Source: Candidatus Woesearchaeota archaeon (GTDB lineage Archaea > Nanobdellota > Nanobdellia > Woesearchaeales > DSVV01). From it: 55,275 bases of DNA. The stretch covers positions 1-55,275 of the forward strand of contig JAFGRM010000060.1 of NCBI GenBank assembly GCA_016935125.1. Reading direction: 5' to 3'. The notes beneath the pieces were generated by a model that worked only from the letters and a program-made list of their open reading frames with translations, searched no databases and was not told where the DNA came from. Shown here in pieces: positions 51,789 through 55,275 of this stretch. The first letter of the stretch is position 1. Each line of letters begins with the position of its first letter. Both the position numbers and the translations under genes were made by a program.

Positions 51789-51796
51789 TTTATAAA
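51789..51796 (-). promoter_or_regulatory. TATA box (TTTATAAA) for the 5-FCL gene
   Basis: Exact octamer 23 nt upstream of the ATG at 51766. Confidence 0.5.
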
Positions 51797-51948
51797 TATA
51801 ACCCCCAGCATGGATAATAAAGGTAACAAAAACCCTCCACACTGGCTAATTGATGGCAGGCGAGTTTTTTAGAACATGGAAATTGCATCGCAATTTCCTG
51901 GCCTGCAAATGCTCTAGAAAATGTGTCAAAGGCTTCGATGAACTCAAA

Positions 51949-52794
51949 ATGGTAACAATTCTTGATGGGAAAGCGCTTGCAGAAAAGCTCTGCAACAGTT
52001 ATAAAAAGAAAGTAGAGAAAGCAGGGCTTAAGATCAAGCTTGCAGTTGTGCTTGTAGGTGACAACCCTGCATCAGAGATCTATGTGCAGAACAAGAAAAA
52101 GAGATGCATGGACGTTGGGATAGGCTGTGAGATAAGGCGGTTTAAAAAAGAGATCTCAGAAGAGATGCTGATCTCTGAGATAGATGCACTTAATTCTGAC
52201 AAGGAGATCGATGCACTGATGGTCCAGATGCCTCTTCCCAAGCACATCAACCCCAGGAACATCTTAGAGGCAGTTGATACCAGAAAGGATGTTGAAGGGC
52301 TCTCAACATACCATATGGGAAGGCTCTCTTTAGGCAATGAGGATGTTGTGCCATGCACACCAAAAGGGGTGATTAGGCTCCTTGATGAGTATGGGATAGG
52401 GCTTGCAGGCAAGGATGTCTGCATAATCGGCTATAGCGACATCGTAGGAAAACCGCTTGCTACACTCTGCCTTAACAGGGAAGCAACAGTCACAGTCTGC
52501 CATGTCAAGACAAAAGATCTTGGCAAGCATACTAGGGATGCAGACATTATAATGACTGCAACAGGTGTACCGAAGCTGATAAAAAAAGAGATGATAAAGC
52601 AAGGCTGCATAATAATAGACATTGGCATTAAAAAACTCAGGGAAAATGTCGTAGGTGATGCAGACTTTGAGAGCATAAAAGGCAGATGCAGCCATATCAC
52701 ACCTGTACCTGGCGGGATAGGGCCCATGACTATCGCGATGCTTGTCGAGAACATGGTCGAGGCTGCTGAGAGAAAGTTAAAACAAACAGAATAA
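51949..52794 (+). CDS. folD: bifunctional methylenetetrahydrofolate dehydrogenase/methenyl-THF cyclohydrolase
   Basis: MVTILDGKALAEK, VGDNPASEIYVQNKKK, QMPLPKHI, GYSDIVGKPLA and TPVPGGIGPMTIAML. The ORF-track start at 51850 is a TTG extension. Confidence 0.88.
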   Translation: MVTILDGKALAEKLCNSYKKKVEKAGLKIKLAVVLVGDNPASEIYVQNKKKRCMDVGIGCEIRRFKKEISEEMLISEIDALNSDKEIDALMVQMPLPKHINPRNILEAVDTRKDVEGLSTYHMGRLSLGNEDVVPCTPKGVIRLLDEYGIGLAGKDVCIIGYSDIVGKPLATLCLNREATVTVCHVKTKDLGKHTRDADIIMTATGVPKLIKKEMIKQGCIIIDIGIKKLRENVVGDADFESIKGRCSHITPVPGGIGPMTIAMLVENMVEAAERKLKQTE

Positions 52795-53054
52795 TAAGCC
52801 CAACAATACTGGCAAAGGTTCTCCTTTTGTAGCAGAATATTTTATCCTTAAAAAATCAAAAGATTTAAATTCTTACTAAGTTGCGAAGCTAAATCTGCTT
52901 AATCAATCGGAGTTTAGATAGATACCTGATTGTGAGAACAGCAATAGAGCAGGATAACGCTGCAAACAACACAAGAAGATTAAACCTGGCAAGAATAAGA
53001 TCAGATAAAAAGATGGGATGACAAGTGGTCAGGGTCTAAAAAATAGGGTGAAAG

Positions 53055-54041
53055 ATGGATAATGGTTTTGATATAGGTTCTTTAAGCGTATTTGACAGGA
53101 TCATGCTTAATAATTATAAGAGGCTCAGCAATAACACAGGGCCACTGTTTGGCCTCTGGACAGGGATAGATCTCTACTCATGCGACCCTGCAGCAGTCAA
53201 CTCACATAGAGAGGAAAGCCGCAGCACGATCGAAGGGATGGTCGCAGACCTGTGCATGGATATAGACATGAAACGCTTTGGAGAGACAATAATTGTCGGA
53301 TTTGGCAACGAGCCTAGAGTAAGCGGATATTCAATGATGCAGCTGATCGAAACCTCGCTTGTATCAGGGCATTTTGTTGACATGAATAATTCTGCATATA
53401 TAGACATATTCAGCTGCAAACCCTACCCACCTGAGCATGCAGCAATGCTCTGTAAGGACATTTTAAAGGCAGAGCATATGGAACTTGAGGCAGCATTACG
53501 GGGTTATGACCACAGGCTCACCAGCTCAGTACCGCATACACTAAGCCCATACAGCACAGAGATAACCTGCACCCTTCACGGTATAAGCCACAGGATGCTG
53601 GAAGATAACACCGCGATGCGGAACCTGTTTCTTGAAAGCCTATTTTATGCAGAGGGTTTTACAATTGAACAGGTCAGGCAGCACAGGTTTCCTGGGGAAG
53701 GCCTGAGTATCACAACAATAATATCTGAGTCAGGGTCAGAGTTCCACACAAACCCCTCTTTGGGATCAGCCACCTATTCGTCCAAGAGCTGCCACAGGAG
53801 AAAACATGGCATGCTCGCGCTTGCAAACATAATCAGGTCCACCATGCCTGACTCGATTGAGCATTATCACCAGGCATCTGTGAGAAACAATCCTGCTGCT
53901 GATCCGCGAGCTACATGGTCTTTTACGCTTGAAGGGTTCAATCCTGAAGCACTTGTCGCATACCTATGCGGACAGACAAATAGGGATGATTTTGTTGCAG
54001 GCACTAAAGCTCGACAGAAACAGTCTTATCTTTCTCGTTGA
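53055..54041 (+). CDS. tandem-domain S-adenosylmethionine decarboxylase-like (pyruvoyl enzyme family) protein
   Basis: Domain 1: GYSMMQLIETSLVSGHF...AYIDIFSCK. Domain 2: GLSITTIISESGSEFHTNP...ATYSSKSC. Both fit the small AdoMetDC pattern GvS..ll.ESH..iHT.PE...D.f.C. SD AGGGTGA upstream. Confidence 0.6.
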   Translation: MDNGFDIGSLSVFDRIMLNNYKRLSNNTGPLFGLWTGIDLYSCDPAAVNSHREESRSTIEGMVADLCMDIDMKRFGETIIVGFGNEPRVSGYSMMQLIETSLVSGHFVDMNNSAYIDIFSCKPYPPEHAAMLCKDILKAEHMELEAALRGYDHRLTSSVPHTLSPYSTEITCTLHGISHRMLEDNTAMRNLFLESLFYAEGFTIEQVRQHRFPGEGLSITTIISESGSEFHTNPSLGSATYSSKSCHRRKHGMLALANIIRSTMPDSIEHYHQASVRNNPAADPRATWSFTLEGFNPEALVAYLCGQTNRDDFVAGTKARQKQSYLSR

Positions 54042-55128
54042 TCTCTTTTACGACCTTGTGGCCTTTCAGCTTCTCTTTTATCTCTTTAAAAGAGTGCTTT
54101 TTTCTTGCATTGTTGATAGTGCTTATTATCTCATCGACAACAGCATATTTTTGATAGATAAGCTCCCCTTTTTTCTGGTTCTCGTCTGCACTCTCCTTGT
54201 ACTCAGATATCTGATTTTTCTGCTGCTCAATCTGCCTATTGAGGCGCTCAAGCTCTTTTTTATATGGCGCAAGCCTCTTTTCCTGCTCATGCATATGCGC
54301 CTCTCTTGTAAGGATTGAATCCAATGCCTCGTTGAATGAGGAAAAGCTCTTTACAACTCCATCTCTTCTTGTCTTGAACCTGACAGGCAGGATTATCGCA
54401 GGCAGATTATCTTCATATATGACGTTGGCATCTATCTCTTCATCTGCCAGATTTTTGATCTCAGCATACAGGGCATCTATCTCTTCATCTGCCAGGTTTT
54501 TCTTGTCCTTTTCGATCCCTGCTCTCATGCAAATCTCTTCAGAATAGCTGCCGCCGATGCCAAGATCCATAGCAAGGCTCTTTACAATAGACTCTTTTTC
54601 AGACCCTTTTATGCAAACCCTAAAATCATCATTGCTCAGCTCAAAAGGGTTCAGCCTTTTCTTCGGAAACTCGTAACAGACATTTCCACGCAGCGTCCTG
54701 TCCTTCCATCTCTTTGCCTCAAGGACTGACTTTATATTGTAATCCTCATCAGTAAATATCATGTTTCCTATCGAGAAAAATTCTATTATCAGCCTGTATA
54801 TCCCCTGCTTGGTCTCAAAGACAAGCTCTAAGACCCTTTCAAACCCTGGCTGGCGGATATCCGCAAGCCTTGAGCCTGTAAGGTATTTTCTGAGCATCAT
54901 GCAAAACCCGCCAGGCGCTTCAGGCATCTCTCCCTTAAAATCAGTAAGAAACATGTATCCGGGAAGATTGATCCTCATGATCTGCTTTCCTATCCCTGTT
55001 GCATGAAACCTTATTATGAAATCCTTTTTTTCAGGCTGGAAGATCTTGTCAGCCTTTGCCCTGATAAGCCTCTCTTTTAACTCCCTTAAGAGGAAATGCA
55101 TATCCATTGCAGTTATCTGGTATTTCAT
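54004..55128 (-). CDS. NFACT-N family protein (FbpA/Rqc2/RqcH-like), lacking an NFACT-R domain
   Basis: The N-terminus MKYQITAMDMHFLLRELKE...IFQPEKKDFIIRFH...INLPGYMFLT fits NFACT-N, followed by a coiled coil. The ORF stops at 374 aa. A TATA-like TATTTAAAAT lies 23-32 nt upstream. Confidence 0.7.
   Translation of the reverse strand: MKYQITAMDMHFLLRELKERLIRAKADKIFQPEKKDFIIRFHATGIGKQIMRINLPGYMFLTDFKGEMPEAPGGFCMMLRKYLTGSRLADIRQPGFERVLELVFETKQGIYRLIIEFFSIGNMIFTDEDYNIKSVLEAKRWKDRTLRGNVCYEFPKKRLNPFELSNDDFRVCIKGSEKESIVKSLAMDLGIGGSYSEEICMRAGIEKDKKNLADEEIDALYAEIKNLADEEIDANVIYEDNLPAIILPVRFKTRRDGVVKSFSSFNEALDSILTREAHMHEQEKRLAPYKKELERLNRQIEQQKNQISEYKESADENQKKGELIYQKYAVVDEIISTINNARKKHSFKEIKEKLKGHKVVKEINEKDKTVSVEL
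54427..54501 (-). repeat. 30-bp direct repeat (29/30 identical) spaced 45 bp apart inside the NFACT gene
   Basis: GGCATCTATCTCTTCATCTGCCAG[A/G]TTTTT at 54427-54456 and 54472-54501. It encodes KNLADEEIDA twice. Confidence 0.85.
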
Positions 55129-55275
55129 AGAGTATGCTAACTTCAGTGGATATTTAAAATTAGTGGATATCCAAGCGAAAAAAGCACTCCCAACTGACTG
55201 ATGTCCTATTTGGGAGTATCCAATTCCTATAATATCTACATGGGCTCAATTTGCGGGTCTCATAGTTTTTCTTGG

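Noticed and set aside
52795-53054. 260-bp non-coding region upstream of the AdoMetDC-like gene, considered as a possible riboswitch or ncRNA. A TATA-like GATTTAAATTC lies at about 52861.
   Set aside because: I could not identify convincing conserved helices or any known riboswitch core by eye. A covariance-model search (Rfam) is required before making any claim.
55186-55217. 8-bp inverted repeat ACTCCCAA / TTGGGAGT whose 16-nt loop contains CUGA and UGAUGU.
   Set aside because: The box-like sequences are adjacent (1-nt gap) and sit inside the loop rather than flanking guide regions. This is not a C/D or K-loop architecture. It is probably incidental structure upstream of the NFACT promoter.

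Overview
This is an archaeal chromosomal window. Markers are PCNA, fibrillarin, a Nop5-like protein, RNase P subunit Rpp30 and an orphan 5S rRNA. Promoters follow a TATA-box/leaderless pattern, and internal genes carry GGAGGT-type Shine-Dalgarno sites. The compact, small-protein style suggests a DPANN-like lineage, but I cannot verify taxonomy from sequence alone.

Layout:
- 1-11.9 kb: housekeeping genes. These include an anchored cyclophilin, a wHTH regulator followed by micro-ORFs, PCNA, fibrillarin, two double-PRC-barrel proteins, a DedA-like protein, an N-terminally short Nop5, an eIF-2B-family protein, Rpp30, an A24-peptidase-like protein, a bacterial-type CoaE and a 5S rRNA.
- 11.99-51.16 kb: 34 consecutive genes that all look glycan-related.
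  - Modules for UDP-GlcA/GalA, UDP-GalNAcA (WbpO/WbpP-like) and UDP-2,3-diacetamido-2,3-dideoxy-glucuronate (WbpA/B/E/D-like).
  - A fusion of a class II glutamine amidotransferase to an N-acetyl-sugar amidotransferase (acetamidino chemistry).
  - A B12-radical SAM enzyme.
  - GT2, GT4, two ArnT/PMT-like GT-C enzymes, two MprF-flippase-like proteins and Wzx.
  - A 12-gene legionaminic-acid-like nonulosonate operon with deacetylase, formyltransferase and other tailoring genes, ending in a TagF-like candidate transferase.
- 51.2-55.3 kb: folate one-carbon genes (5-formyl-THF cyclo-ligase, FolD), a tandem-domain AdoMetDC-like protein and a short NFACT-N protein.

I found no CRISPR array, tRNA, transposase or integrase. 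All family calls come from motif and pattern reading of the translations; no database search was possible. Several ORF-track starts are TTG/GTG extensions, and I moved them to ATG codons supported by TATA or SD spacing.
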